A stretch of 64,000 bases of DNA, taken from assembly GCF_964204865.1 (NCBI RefSeq), contig NC_135260.1, forward strand, positions 7,378,001-7,442,000. Direction: 5' to 3'. The notes under the pieces were generated by a model. It was not told the DNA's origin. It did no database searches and saw nothing but the letters and a program-made list of their open reading frames with translations. The stretch's first letter is position 1; every line of letters starts with the position of its first letter. Made by a program: the position numbers and the translations under genes. This DNA comes from Styela clava (Eukaryota). Shown one piece after another: positions 17,701-29,729 of the stretch.

Positions 17701-20357
17701 ATTGATTAGCTATGCTAGTGTTTAAAATTAGCCTTATTTTTGTTTGTTTGAGAACCCGTGAAGGGTTTGGGTACCGGCTGATTTAGCGCCATCAAATTCG
17801 ATGACGGTTTGTTGGTGCGAAATGAATCTGTCCTAACGGATATAATTTATTATAAATATATTCTATTTTTTTTTTTAAATTTAAAATATTTTTTCATTAT
17901 TAAATCTACCCTAAGACTGAATTTATTTTAATTTTTATGCGTCCGTTTAGCTTGGTTGTCGACAAATCGGATACCGTCATAATTTCGTTTTCAAAAGGCG
18001 ACACCATATGGCTAGCGAAGTAATCACTAACACAATACGGCATCATACACTACGTTACTCTGATCGGTAAAGCAACTGCCGGTATCTAATATACCAATGC
18101 TTAACTTCTCTTAAGCAGTGAACTCCTGCATCTTCGTCGTGTTCACAATTATGATCTCCCCACATATCATGTTCACATCTTGAAATATGCCACTCGTCAA
18201 TTCGGCAAGTAACATCTTCCAGCCATATCTGTCCTTCTCCTTCACCGTAGTATGCGTGACTGTAGAAAGCAGAACAATGGAAATAAAAGCTACTCATATT
18301 TTAGCAAACTGCATCTACGGAATGATAATTTTAATATATATAAGAATTTTAAGGCCCGAATTGTCAAACTAGTCAATATCAAAACTTTATTATATTTAGA
18401 ATCGATGGCATGTCCGGCTAAAAACAAATTCATCATATATCGTTAACACAGAATCACTAGAATAAAACTATGTTCACGTTTCTGCAGTGCATGTGCGACG
18501 AAATATAAAGCAAACAGTTGGCCATTACCGAAATCAATATTTAAAACTAATTTAACTTGTGGGCGCGTCACCCAGGACCAAGTGCTTGAAGCTTTAGACT
18601 TTGCTATGTTGGTACCGCTGGTATCGGATTGAAATCTATTGTCCACCAACCGACCCCGGGTAAAATATATTGCAACGCCACGCCTACCTATTTCTCGCTG
18701 GAATTTCATAATCCTAAATCTATTAAATATAATAAAATTTTATGATAACTATAAAGTAGTTTGTGTACGTGTGAGCAGCATACGCCCGCTCGAATCCCAG
18801 CATATGACAAACTACATTTGCTGCTTCAATACTCCAATTATCATCACAAATTGTTCCCCAGATTCCATCTCGTTTAATGAAAACCGTTCCTTCATTACTT
18901 TGTGTTCCAAATTCAAGTTTAACTTCCTCTTGTGGATCTGTTTAAAATTTATAACTGTCCTATTACATTGTACGAATTTAGATTTTGGCTTCAGCTAGGT
19001 CATTGTTGAACAAATGCAACCATTTATTGAAGTAGTAATATATTGAATAAGTTACATATAACCGAAAAACTTGTGACTTATTCAAACATAGAACTCAATT
19101 TTGCCCCCCTTTTGAAAGTGCCCACAACGAGATTATACTGAGTGAGCGACGGGGCCAAAATTCTTGTGCCAAAACCCTTTTTTCACATAATTAGTTTGTA
19201 TCACTGACCGGTGGTGGAAAGGAAGTAGGTGACACCTCGAAAATATCCAAAAAATGACAAAAGTGAATGAATATTAAATGTCATCCACTCGTTGACGAGT
19301 TGATTAGTTATGTCCAATAACGGGATTTAAGGTTGTTGTAATTTTACTCCAGGTGGATAAAAGAAATGTACGTAAGAAAATTTTTTAGAACATAGGAATA
19401 CTTAACATTGGAAATACACTCCACACCGGCAATGTCGTCTGTTTCGTCACAGTCATAAATAGGAATTCCCTGAAAAATGCAGTCGGAAAGATGTTCCTCC
19501 CGTCCCGAACATTGGACACGATTCATCCAGACAGGACCATCACCTCGACCATATTCCGGATAATTAAAATGTTCGACCGCTCCATCGAATCCCAACATTC
19601 GACAAACGACGCGAGCATCGTCAATATCCCAGTCATTTGAACAAATATCTCCCCAAACGTCATTGATTTTTACTTCAATTCGGCCTTCATTGTCGTGATT
19701 TCCATTAGCCAATCGAATGTCTGATATCATGCCTGAAAGGTAACAATATCGATTAAAATATCATCTAAAAATGATCTTGAAAATTACTTGGAATATATAT
19801 GTCTTATAATTCTGAAATTGAGTTAATATGTCGCCAGAAAAATTGTAATTGAGCAATATTACATTTTTTGTCTCTTTGACCGTGTCCGGTGCATTCCAAA
19901 AATTTGTTTATGTCGTATTCTCGTTCTTCTGCAAAACAGGTATAAGTGATAAATAAAACATAAACACATAATTGATTTTGAGAATGCTTTCTATCCTTGC
20001 TTTTTAAATTCGATAGGAGTCATTGTTCCGACATTATAGATCTTCACAATTGTTGTCAAACCTGGTACCGGTCGTATAATTAATTACTACACAAGGTTGC
20101 CTAAGCTAAAATTTTTGAAATAACCCGACATATTGAATAGCGATAAACATTATTCCACTATATCTATTTTTATTATATTTTGGAACATGGATGATGATGA
20201 TGCTTTGGGGTTGATAATGTTTGCTTGCGTCAACCGCAGAAGGAATATGTCCATTTAAATATTTACAGTTTTTAAATTAAAGATACATACCTGCGCTGAC
20301 AGAAATTGAAACAAAAAGAAGACAGAGTAATATCCTAAGTATGATAATTAAAAGCAT
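14756..20357 (-). CDS. Secreted SRCR/EGF protein (DMBT1-like), ~498 aa: SP-SRCR-SRCR-EGF-EGF-EGF-like-SRCR-EGF
   Basis: Exons 20291-20357 (signal peptide), 19406-19732, 18769-18937, 18105-18259, 17536-17646, 16383-16496, 16055-16171, 15272-15589, 14756-14874; total 1497 nt in frame. Motifs EGRIEV..WGDIC..DARVVCRMLG and WLDDVRC. Two donors are non-canonical in this model (see findings). Confidence 0.9.
16994..17404. mobile_element. Composite Merlin-like MITEs
   Basis: Family motifs GTATGTGAACCAAGATG, GTGTACCAGGTTAGGGTTAGGCC and GCGAACAAAATTAGTTACC. Confidence 0.7.
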
Positions 20358-21565
20358 AGTTGCTGTAAAGGCCTAAAATGTAATAGTGGTATTTCCCTTA
20401 TTAATAAGTATTTACTTTATTATTAAGAACTCATTTTTGATTTCAAGTCGGCAGAGGCCTTGGAGCACTCGCAATATTTCCTTGGGGTACCGGGTTAATC
20501 TAACTTTTATTAAATGAGATACAAAGTAACAGATACTTTTGGGAGTAGGAAAAAGAGTAGACAATGTATATGAGAGCAGTTGTTATCGTACAGTTTTATT
20601 CTGATTGAAAAGTTTTTTTTCACAACCGTTTTCGAAACTTGTTCGCCCTTGAATTATCAAAGATCGCGAGTATTTTTCTGCTCTATTCAATTGCAGACGA
20701 CATTTAATTTGCAAAGTTTGCTTGGTTGTATTACCAACTGATTCTCCTTTGTCTTTCACTATTGTCATTCTTCTCTTTGTCTCTAATATATATTGGGGAA
20801 AGTCTACAAGCAAATCAACTGAATCGGGTTCAGTGTGAATAATTATCGCGTAACACTGAACTCCTATTATATATTTATTGATAAATGCCTTGCTTTTCCT
20901 ACAAGCTCAAAGGAATAAAATTAACAATAGCATATTTAATGTGTATCTACAATCGTTTCTAACAAAATAATAAAAAGTTTTGTTTAAATTTAGTATCAAA
21001 TTAAACACGAATAACACTCATAAAACCTAAATCGTGTATAACTGATTGCGTACAACGTTAAGTTATTCAATTGATATAATTTTCTTGATTTTAACGCGTT
21101 GGATCGCATGAGTAATGTTTACTTGTCCATATCGCACGTAAAATTTGTAGTTATGTAACAGTCTTCCGTTAGGAATATGAATTCATTGGTTTCCTTAGAG
21201 GTATTACCTATAAATATCCGGCTATTTATTTATATTAAGATATTCATCAAGAACGTCGCATTGCTAAAATGAACAAGTTTGAAATTTGGCTAAATGATAC
21301 TGCCTTCAATGATGCATAGTAACAATCGTTTTGGCATGAGAAAACTTGATAGCGGCGGGGTTGCGATTTTGCAGACTCAGCTTGGCACAACAATTTTTTC
21401 CTAAATATGTTTTTTTACAGGTTAGCTTCAGGAATTGGCCGTATAGTACTACGTAGAGTGATCAGTACTCTTGGAAATATCCTCAAGATTTTTTTATTAA
21501 TTACTATCCATATATAAGCGAGGAAATTCTCAAACCTTAAAATGTTGTTTTCGATCCTTCTATAG

Positions 21566-22313
21566 CATGGTCGTCCAACCCGTGGCCCGCCGAAGGTTTC
21601 CGAGTGGCCCGCGCGGCATTATTCGAATCTGTGAAACCTCCAAAAAAAAAAATATTCCTCATCATTCAAACGCGCGAGAAGCACCACCCATGGTCGTCCA
21701 ACCCGTGGCCCGCCGAAGGTTTCCGAGTGGCCCGCGCGGCATTATTCGAATCTGTGAAACCTCCAAAAAAAAAAATATTCCTCATCATTCAAACGCGCGA
21801 GAAGCACCACCCAGCTATCGAAAGCTTATTTGTGTCCCTTTGTGAGCGTTATTCCTGGAGAGAGATGTTTGGATTTATTTTTATCGTCTGCCATGTATTT
21901 AAATCTGTTTTTCTGTGAAGCTAGAAGAGGCAGTTTTGATGACCTCAATATTTGACAGCAGCAAGTTTTTTCGCGGATGAACCATGTCAAATCCCCCGTG
22001 CGATCACTAATTTCTGACAGTCATATGAAAAATTCGCTATGCATTGCAGCATCGTCCATCGCACCGAACATTGACAAACTTATTGAATAAAAGCTTACTT
22101 AAGTCATACTTGACATCGAAATATCTATGTGTGATAAACTTTTGACTTAACTGTATCTTCGTATTTTCAATGCTTCATAATTTTGGTGTGAGGGCTTTGT
22201 TTGGTTTTTCATTAATCTGTAGTCGGTGTAGTGGAGACTATAACATAACAACCTTGTCAAGTGGCCCGCGCACTCATTCGTAAACTAAATGTGGCCCTTT
22301 GGCCAAAAGGTTG
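21566..22313 (+). mobile_element. Defective hAT (Charlie/SPIN-like) element with tandemly duplicated 123-bp 5' end
   Basis: TSD TTCTATAG/TTCTATGG. 123-bp repeat at 21566-21688 and 21689-21811. Transposase C-terminal remnant QVFSRMNHVKSPVRSLISDSHMKNSLCIAASSIAPNIDKLIE at ~21962-22090. Confidence 0.8.
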
Positions 22314-22590
22314 TTCTATGGGATTTGCGTGAATGCGGGGTGTGTAGAAAACAGGTTCCAACCTTCGTTTTAGTTTTATTAAAAAGAACAATAGACACAA
22401 TGTGTTGGCCATTTATTTGTTGAAAAAGTCACATAAAATATAATACCTTAAAGAAAATTACATCACATGCATATTCAATCAATTACCATTCTTCAGAAAT
22501 CAAGAGTCAAATTAGAGTTATTAACAAATCATCGTCAATGTTTCGATCAACTGAACATTTTGAAATGATGTCTGTAAGGTTATTTGTGCT

Positions 22591-23247
22591 CTACAAAGCA
22601 TTAACATTTTCTCTTCGTACATCAATCTCAGACATGTATCCGACGAGCAACTCTATGAGGTCATACCAAATAGAGATATCAGACATTTGGTTGCTATCAA
22701 GGGCATCTGCCGTTGGATCTGACGTTTCAATTAGGTTTGTTTGTTGTTCGTTTTGAGTATACGCGGGATAGGCGTGTTGGTAGTAGCATTTAATTCCGTA
22801 TCTGCAGTTTCCCCTGCCTTGTTGAAATCGTCTGCATGGTGTTTTCGACATTTCATATTTGTGGTTCAACATCAATTTTCTTTTTTCCCGAGGGTCCGTC
22901 ACCCAATTGTTACTAGGTGTGACGAAATAAGAGGGTACGCGACAAGCAGGACACGCTTTGGTTACTGGACTCTCCAACGACCTTGTACACCGCCATGTTA
23001 TTATGCATTCAAAGCAAAATACATGCGAGCAGTTATCCAACAGGCCGTATTTATTATTACTGTCTCTTCCTTTATCGAAGCTTTCCATGCATATTCCACA
23101 GGTTGGCTGTTCTTGTTCTGCTGATGAATCGCTACCGGTACTGCTTGCTTTTTGCAGCTCAGCTTCCTTTCCAGGTCTATCTGATTCGACAATGTTTTGC
23201 CGGTTCCTGTAACCGCTAGAAACTATTTGTGATTCGATGCTGTCCAT
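22591..23247 (-). CDS. Intronless makorin-like RING E3 ligase (C3HC4 RING + C-terminal C3H finger), 218 aa
   Basis: CGICME..YGLLDNCSHVFCFECIITWR..CPACRVPSYFVTPS..WV and PCRRFQQGRGNCRYGIKCYYQHAYP are makorin signatures. No N-terminal C3H fingers are seen. Confidence 0.88.
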   Translation of the reverse strand: MDSIESQIVSSGYRNRQNIVESDRPGKEAELQKASSTGSDSSAEQEQPTCGICMESFDKGRDSNNKYGLLDNCSHVFCFECIITWRCTRSLESPVTKACPACRVPSYFVTPSNNWVTDPREKRKLMLNHKYEMSKTPCRRFQQGRGNCRYGIKCYYQHAYPAYTQNEQQTNLIETSDPTADALDSNQMSDISIWYDLIELLVGYMSEIDVRRENVNAL

Positions 23248-23777
23248 TTATTCTTTTATTCCTCGATTCCAGAAGTTAAACGACCTATTCTAGTTATCAT
23301 AGTTGAACATTGTCTGGGATTTGTAAGTTACAAGTCGCAGTTTATCAACGATGGCAGAGCGTTTTTCTTTCTCATGCTGTGCAAAGATTTGTCTAGAGCG
23401 AGATAACAATACAATGACCAAGGGGGATAATCTTGCGATAATTCGCGAGAAGAACAATAGCTTGTGCTAATTTTGATTAAATCCATTCAAGATGCAGAGA
23501 AAGCACGATTTTAGAACTGCGATAATATGCAATCGGAATAGGGTTAGCATATATCGGGCCAATAATAGAAAAAGACATGATAAAAATAATATCTAAGATG
23601 TAATTATATTTTTTACCTTTAAAATTAAATACGATATCGCAGGAGATATGAATGACTTGATACTTTGAAGGTTCAAATTGAAGGCGAAACATACCATACA
23701 TGATCCCGTGAGGTGATCAAATTATTGGGTTGTGTGAATCAAATTTTAAAAGCATTATGTCAAACACCTAAAACAAG

Positions 23778-24007
23778 GGCATTCCCGTAATATGTGCACT
23801 AAGATGGCGGACACAGGAACGTAGTATGTGTACCAGGTTAGGGCTAGGCAATAATTATATTCCCATTTTCCGTATTTTAGTCCTATTACGAGCTTGGGGA
23901 CTAGCCAAATGACTCCTGTAGTATTTGTACCTGAAATCATGGCCTAACCCGGTACACATACTACGTTCCGGTGTCCGCCATCATGGTTCACATACTACGG
24001 CAGTACC
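23778..24007. mobile_element. Merlin-like MITE
   Basis: GG..CC termini with perfect 8-bp TSD AAAACAAG. Confidence 0.85.
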
Positions 24008-24415
24008 AAAACAAGCAATGTTTTATTATGGAACAAATCTTGCATATAATGAATTTGAAAAGTAACATTTTTAGTAACTTTTGACACCAAAGTTCACATT
24101 GGAGATCGATAACCCACAGATACAATCTTGATCTTCTATGCAACAGCGTCATCCAATTTTATTAAAAACTATAACCAGCTCAATAATTTGACTCGCTCAC
24201 TCAAATGCATGTTGTGCAGGGTAAGATTGGAGAAATGATTCAAAGTACCATAATCTATGAAGTGGCTATAGTTTACGAAAAGAAACGACATGTGTTGACA
24301 AACACTTCGGTTTTCACACTTTACCATCCTACCATGATGCACGACCCAACATCTTCCTCCGTTCGCGACAATCAACGGGTGCAAAACAAATTCTATTAAG
24401 CTTAAGGTCAATAAT

Positions 24416-26810
24416 CCAGGGGTCGGTCGCTTCGCTACCCGCGAGGGGAAATGTAAAGAAATGTGTTTAGTAAGGTAAAAAGTAGGTGTTTGTTCTGATT
24501 TTGTTGGAAGACCCTGGTCGTTGCGCCGGACGAATGGCGGCATTCGTCCGGCGCAGTGCCCCCGACCTTTTTAGTCCAATAAATAGTTTAAATACTAGGT
24601 TAGAAACTGATCATCCCCAATGGGAATCAAGTTTTATTAATTTTATTGCACGTGATCACTCAACTGTGACGAAATTTTTTTGACATAAACTAGACCTCAA
24701 TTAACTTGTATGACCCAAATATGGCATCTCTACCTATTACCATTCTCGAGATATAACGTAAAATCACTGGAGCATGACTGAGGAGTTGGAGAAAAAAAAT
24801 TCCTTTCAAAATGGATTCAAATAATTTTTCCAAATATGCCCATGCTTTCACTTTCTCAATATGTCCTTTCAGAGGCTTGCAATAAGCCAAAATCACTAAA
24901 GCGTGACTGGGGAGTAAGAGAACAAAAATTTCTTCAAAACAATGTTAAACTAATTTTTCCAACCATACCTATCTATTTCATTTCTCAATAGCTCCATTTT
25001 TAAGTGCGCAACCTTCTTACGCCACTGGAGGGCGATTGGGAGGGGGAAACACCAATTTTTCAGTAAAGAAAATTTCAAATAATTATACTCTTTGAGAATT
25101 AGGCAAATCTTGGCCCAAAACCCCATTCACATGCCTCAGAATTCCCTAAAAACAATAGAACCCAAGTGGGCGTGGCTTTGCACGGGTTTTCTCACCAAAG
25201 AGGGCGTGGGGGCACAGCCCCCACCGCCAAAAAGACTTGGAAAAATTCCTAATACTCGGGCAAACGCTTTCCGGCCCCGGAAACTTAGCTAAATGACCTC
25301 TAAACCCCTAAATCACTCTAGCGTGACTTGATTGACAGCTGATTGACCAATGAACAGCCTCGGGCAACAAAAACCCCGTTTTGACCCCTTTCCTCTGGCC
25401 CGATCGTTTCCAAAAATTTTCTGCGTCATGCGGACAGGGATATCTGACTAACGTGCTAATCACCTACCTCATCAGCCCTACCCTACATAGTGGAAATGCT
25501 CATCAATCGGTCTCCCACGCATAGAATTTTAACTTCCACCTCACGTGCAACGTTTTCTGATTTAGACTGTGCATTCGCACTTTCAGTGCGACAGGTTGCG
25601 AGACCATCCAGGGGAGGTCGCTACGCTACCCGCGAGGGGAAATGTATAGAAATATTTTTAGTAAATTAAGAAGCAGATGTTTGTTTGAAGTTTGTTGGAG
25701 GACTCGCGTCGTTGCGCCGGACGAATGGCGGAAATTCGTCCGGCGCTCTGCCCCCGACCCCTTCAGTCCATTAAGAAGTTCAAATACCACGTAATAAACT
25801 GATCACCCCTAACCGGAGTCCAATTTTTCCAATTTTAAGGTCCGTGATCACTCGACCGTGACGAATTTTTTTTGACACAAACTAGACCTCAACTACCTTG
25901 TATGACCCAAATATGGCACCTCTACCTTCTACCATTCTTGAGATATAACGTAAAATCACTGGAGCGTGACTGAGGAGATGAGGAAATAAAATTTCTTCCA
26001 AAATAGATTCATATAATTTTTCTTAACATGCCCATGCCTTTACTTTCTTAATAGGTCCTTTCAGAGGCCTGCAATAAGCAAAAATCACTAGACCATGACT
26101 GGGGAGTGAGAGAAAAAAAATTTCTTGAAAAAAGCATTAAACTAAATTTTCCCAACATACCTATCTATTTTATTTCTCGATAGCTTCGTTTTTAGGTGCG
26201 CAACCTTCTTACGCCACTGGAGGGCGATTGGGAGGGGGAATTCCCAAAGTTCAGGTGGTGAAATATTCTATATATTAGTCCCTTTGAGATTTGAGCATCA
26301 CTTTGCCCAAAAACCACTTCCAAGTGCTCCTAATAGCCCAAAAACCATATTACCTAAGTGGGCGTGGCTTTCCACACGTTTTCTCACCACTGGGGGGGCG
26401 GTGGCAGTGCCCCCACCCCCAATTACACTTGGAAAAAATCCCAATACTCGGGCAAACGCTTTTTGGCCCCGGAAACGGAACTAAACGGCCTCTAAACCCC
26501 AAAATCACATAGCGTGGCTTGATTGACAGCTCAATGTCGCGCATCCTTTAATTTTTCCACTAGAACCCCGTTTTGGCCCACTTCCCCTAGTCCGATCGTT
26601 CTGAAAAATTTTGTGTGTTAGTTTGGTAACTTCCACCCGCTACATGCCAAGTTTCGTCCCGATCGGCCCTCCAGTTTTCTGGGAAATAGTCAATCTCACA
26701 GTGCTATCGCTTTATAATGGAGCTATTTGTCTTCTGTGCAAAGACTTCTGATTTCAACTGTGCATAACGCACTAAAGTGCTACCCTTTTGCCTTACCATC
26801 GAGGGATGTA
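24416..26810. mobile_element. Head-to-tail tandem of two diverged ~1.19 kb Helitron/Helentron-like non-autonomous units
   Basis: Units start at ~24416 and ~25608 (CCAGGGG..GGTCGCT.CGCTACCCGCGAGGGGAAATG). Both keep a GC-rich hairpin, the AAGTGGGCGTGGC motif and a 3' GCAC..GTGC hairpin. The tandem is certain; the class is inferred. Confidence 0.6.
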
Positions 26811-26970
26811 ATCATTAACAGTTTGTGAGCAAATTCTTACGCATGGTCGTTGCCAAAATGATTCACAGAGCTTTTAAAAAACTGTGAACTAGGCCAGGTC
26901 AAAATAATATTTTTCAAAATGAATTTCCTGTTGAGGTATTGCATTCTCGCAATCAAAGCGTGATGATTAT

Positions 26971-27166
26971 TGGACACGTAGTGGACACAACGACCGTTAT
27001 GTTGTTTTTGTTCTTTAAAAAGTTTTAAAGAAATCGCTTTTCTCTTTGATTACTGAACCAATTGCTTTGAAATTTTCAGTGGTTAAAGATGGAATTTTTT
27101 GCCATAAGGGTATTACTTTTATTTTTTGCTATTACGTCATCAAAATTATGTGGCGCTACGTGTCCA
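26971..27166. mobile_element. MITE with TGGACACGTAG inverted termini (related inverted copy ~43730-43875)
   Basis: TGGACACGTAG / CTACGTGTCCA. The internal sequence recurs in reverse at ~43.8 kb. Confidence 0.55.
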
Positions 27167-27730
27167 TATATTTGAGCATAGCTCTCTTGTTTTACTTGAC
27201 AACGATTCTGTGTGGCCCGTAAATGGTCAGTGATATTGAACTTTGAACCCAATTTTGAGTGTTGTCTAATTATTATGAAAATAACTAGAACTATTATGAG
27301 AATTAACTTTAACTGTTCAGAACTCGAGTTTGTTCAAAGTTTTTAGTGCGGAAAATTCATTCTATAAGATAAGATAAGAAAAACACATAACATTAAATTA
27401 ATTTTCTATTTGTTGAATGTTGTTATACGAACGAAAATACTTCATATCAACCTACTGATAACAGATATAATTTATCACCTGACAATTTGTCCGTCAATGT
27501 TTATTACGCACCCTCGCCGTATCCCGCTATGATAAAGTTATCGAACTTTATCGCAATTTGTAGCCTTGTAACACTTTCTACACGAACAACGAATTATCAA
27601 TTTCGCAGCTCCGATTAGCACTAAAACGCATCGAGATGTTGTGATTCTGCTTTGAAGCTTCAATACATAAATATAGTTGTTGGTGGCAGCAAATCATTCA
27701 GTCTTAATACGATTATCTCAACAACACAAT

Positions 27731-28390
27731 ATGAACTCGAAACAATCATCTTGTGCAGACCAGCAATTAACCAACAAAGATTCTCAAGACAAATGTTGTA
27801 AAGACGATGAAATTGTTTGTGGAATTTGTATGGAAGTCGTATGCGAGAAGGAAGATTCGGAAAGAAGGTTCGGATTACTTGACAATTGTGTCCATGCGTT
27901 TTGCTTTGAATGTATAATACAATGGAGATGTACTAGGTCATTAGAAAGTTCTGTCGTCAAATTATGTCCCACATGCCGGACTGCGTCTTCGTTCGTGACG
28001 CCCAGTGAAGAATGGGTTACTGATCCAGAAGAAAAGAAGGCTTTAATGATCAAACACAAAAAGGAAATGTCACTCACACCATGTCGAAGATTTCAGCAAG
28101 GCAAAGGAACCTGTCGATACGGGACAAGGTGTTATTATTTGCATGCGTACCCAGACGGCACAACAGCAGAAGAAACTATCAACCTCTTTGCTCAAAACCA
28201 ACTTAGATATCCAAGTGCAAGGGCAGGGCGAGGCACATGGTATGAATTTGTTGAAGTAATTCATCGAAGAGTCTCTCTCAATCCACAAGATTTATTTGAA
28301 CTTGTTCGAGTCATGCATATTCATGCTCAAACCTTGGAAGGGCTCGGATACCAAGCTGACTATGAATGGGTATTGACTGGTCGTCGATAA
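27731..28390 (+). CDS. Intronless makorin-like RING E3 ligase (RING + C-terminal C3H), 219 aa from first ATG
   Basis: CGICMEVV.EK..RRFGLLDNCVHAFCFECIIQWR..CPTCR..FVTPS..WV and PCRRFQQGKGTCRYGTRCYYLHAYPDG. Confidence 0.9.
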   Translation: MNSKQSSCADQQLTNKDSQDKCCKDDEIVCGICMEVVCEKEDSERRFGLLDNCVHAFCFECIIQWRCTRSLESSVVKLCPTCRTASSFVTPSEEWVTDPEEKKALMIKHKKEMSLTPCRRFQQGKGTCRYGTRCYYLHAYPDGTTAEETINLFAQNQLRYPSARAGRGTWYEFVEVIHRRVSLNPQDLFELVRVMHIHAQTLEGLGYQADYEWVLTGRR

Positions 28391-29729
28391 AATACTACAG
28401 ATACTACGTTGATATATTACCTGCGAACGTTCAATCAGTCGCGCAAAAGTAGATGAATTAGAAGACATGCGGTTCTTTCGGTGGAATGGTTCTTCGGGGA
28501 AACAAGCAATGAAAACCGGAGAAGTGATTGTAATACACTGCGGAAAGTAGTAGGCCATAAGAGAATGTGTTGTCAAGTGAACATGGATTTGAATTTGTGT
28601 AATGATGTAGAAATAAATCCTATGAAATATACAATGTCGTTTTTTTTATTATTTTACTTCAGACAAACAACTTCAAAACATTAGCGACATATTAGAAGGA
28701 GTATATTTAAACGTCGTTAAGATACCATACCCGTGATACGATATGTCACTCAAATATGATATAAAAAAAATTTCAACCTATTCTATTGTATGGTAAAATT
28801 GTACAAACTAAGCCACGCTAATTTACTAATTCGTTACAGCCATATGTAGTCATGGCATAAATCAGCGTGTCAACCAACAACTTAATGTGCTGCGCTCAGT
28901 TTTGATTTTGATTCCAGTCATCAGAATTAGCGAGTGAAATAATAGCCTATTTGTGTCGAAAGTGCAAGGAATGGAAAAAGACGACCTACGTCTACCCCAC
29001 TAGATTTTACCTATCGATATAACAATGCGATGTATGAAACCTATGTATAGTATATAAATAATATATATCATTCAATCATATTACTCCAATTAACATGTGT
29101 AAAAAGTAATCTCATGAGTGAAGAAAAAGTTTAAGGAACACGAAAAATAATATCAAATGAAAAAATTTTGAACATGTTACACCTGGCAACAAATTCACGC
29201 TTGAAGATATGCAAAAATACTAAGGCTCGAGGAATATGATTTATTCTTAGGGTTGAAAGTAGATATTGACTGCGTTTATGAGGATCCATTCCAGTAAACG
29301 AAATCTTACCAAAAAAAATTATAAAATGAATACTGCCTGTCAAATAGTGCACCCGAAGGTTCTGATCCTAATATAAAAGGGATTGCTGGACGTCCAGCCG
29401 TAGGGTAGTTCACAAAACCACTTGCCAGCAAGGGTTTCCTTTACTACTCAAGACACAATTAACATATTATGACACAATTTACTAGTGTTGACTCTTCCGA
29501 TACCCCGGACTTGTATAGCGACAATATAGTTTTGTTTGCTATATGATTAGGTCATATTATCGAGTTTTCTCTGAGAGGTAAACATGAAAATTCAATTCCG
29601 CCGTTTTAAATAAAAAAAAAAAAACATTTTTGATCAATTATAAGGATATTTGAAAAATAAAAAAGTACGAAGGGAGTAAAAAATAGTCATCGCCAACGTG
29701 TATTTCATATTTTTAGCGTTTCATGGTAA

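Noticed and set aside
21567-21918. ORFs with a repeated 41-aa unit
   Set aside because: They result from the 123-bp duplication of a hAT terminus.
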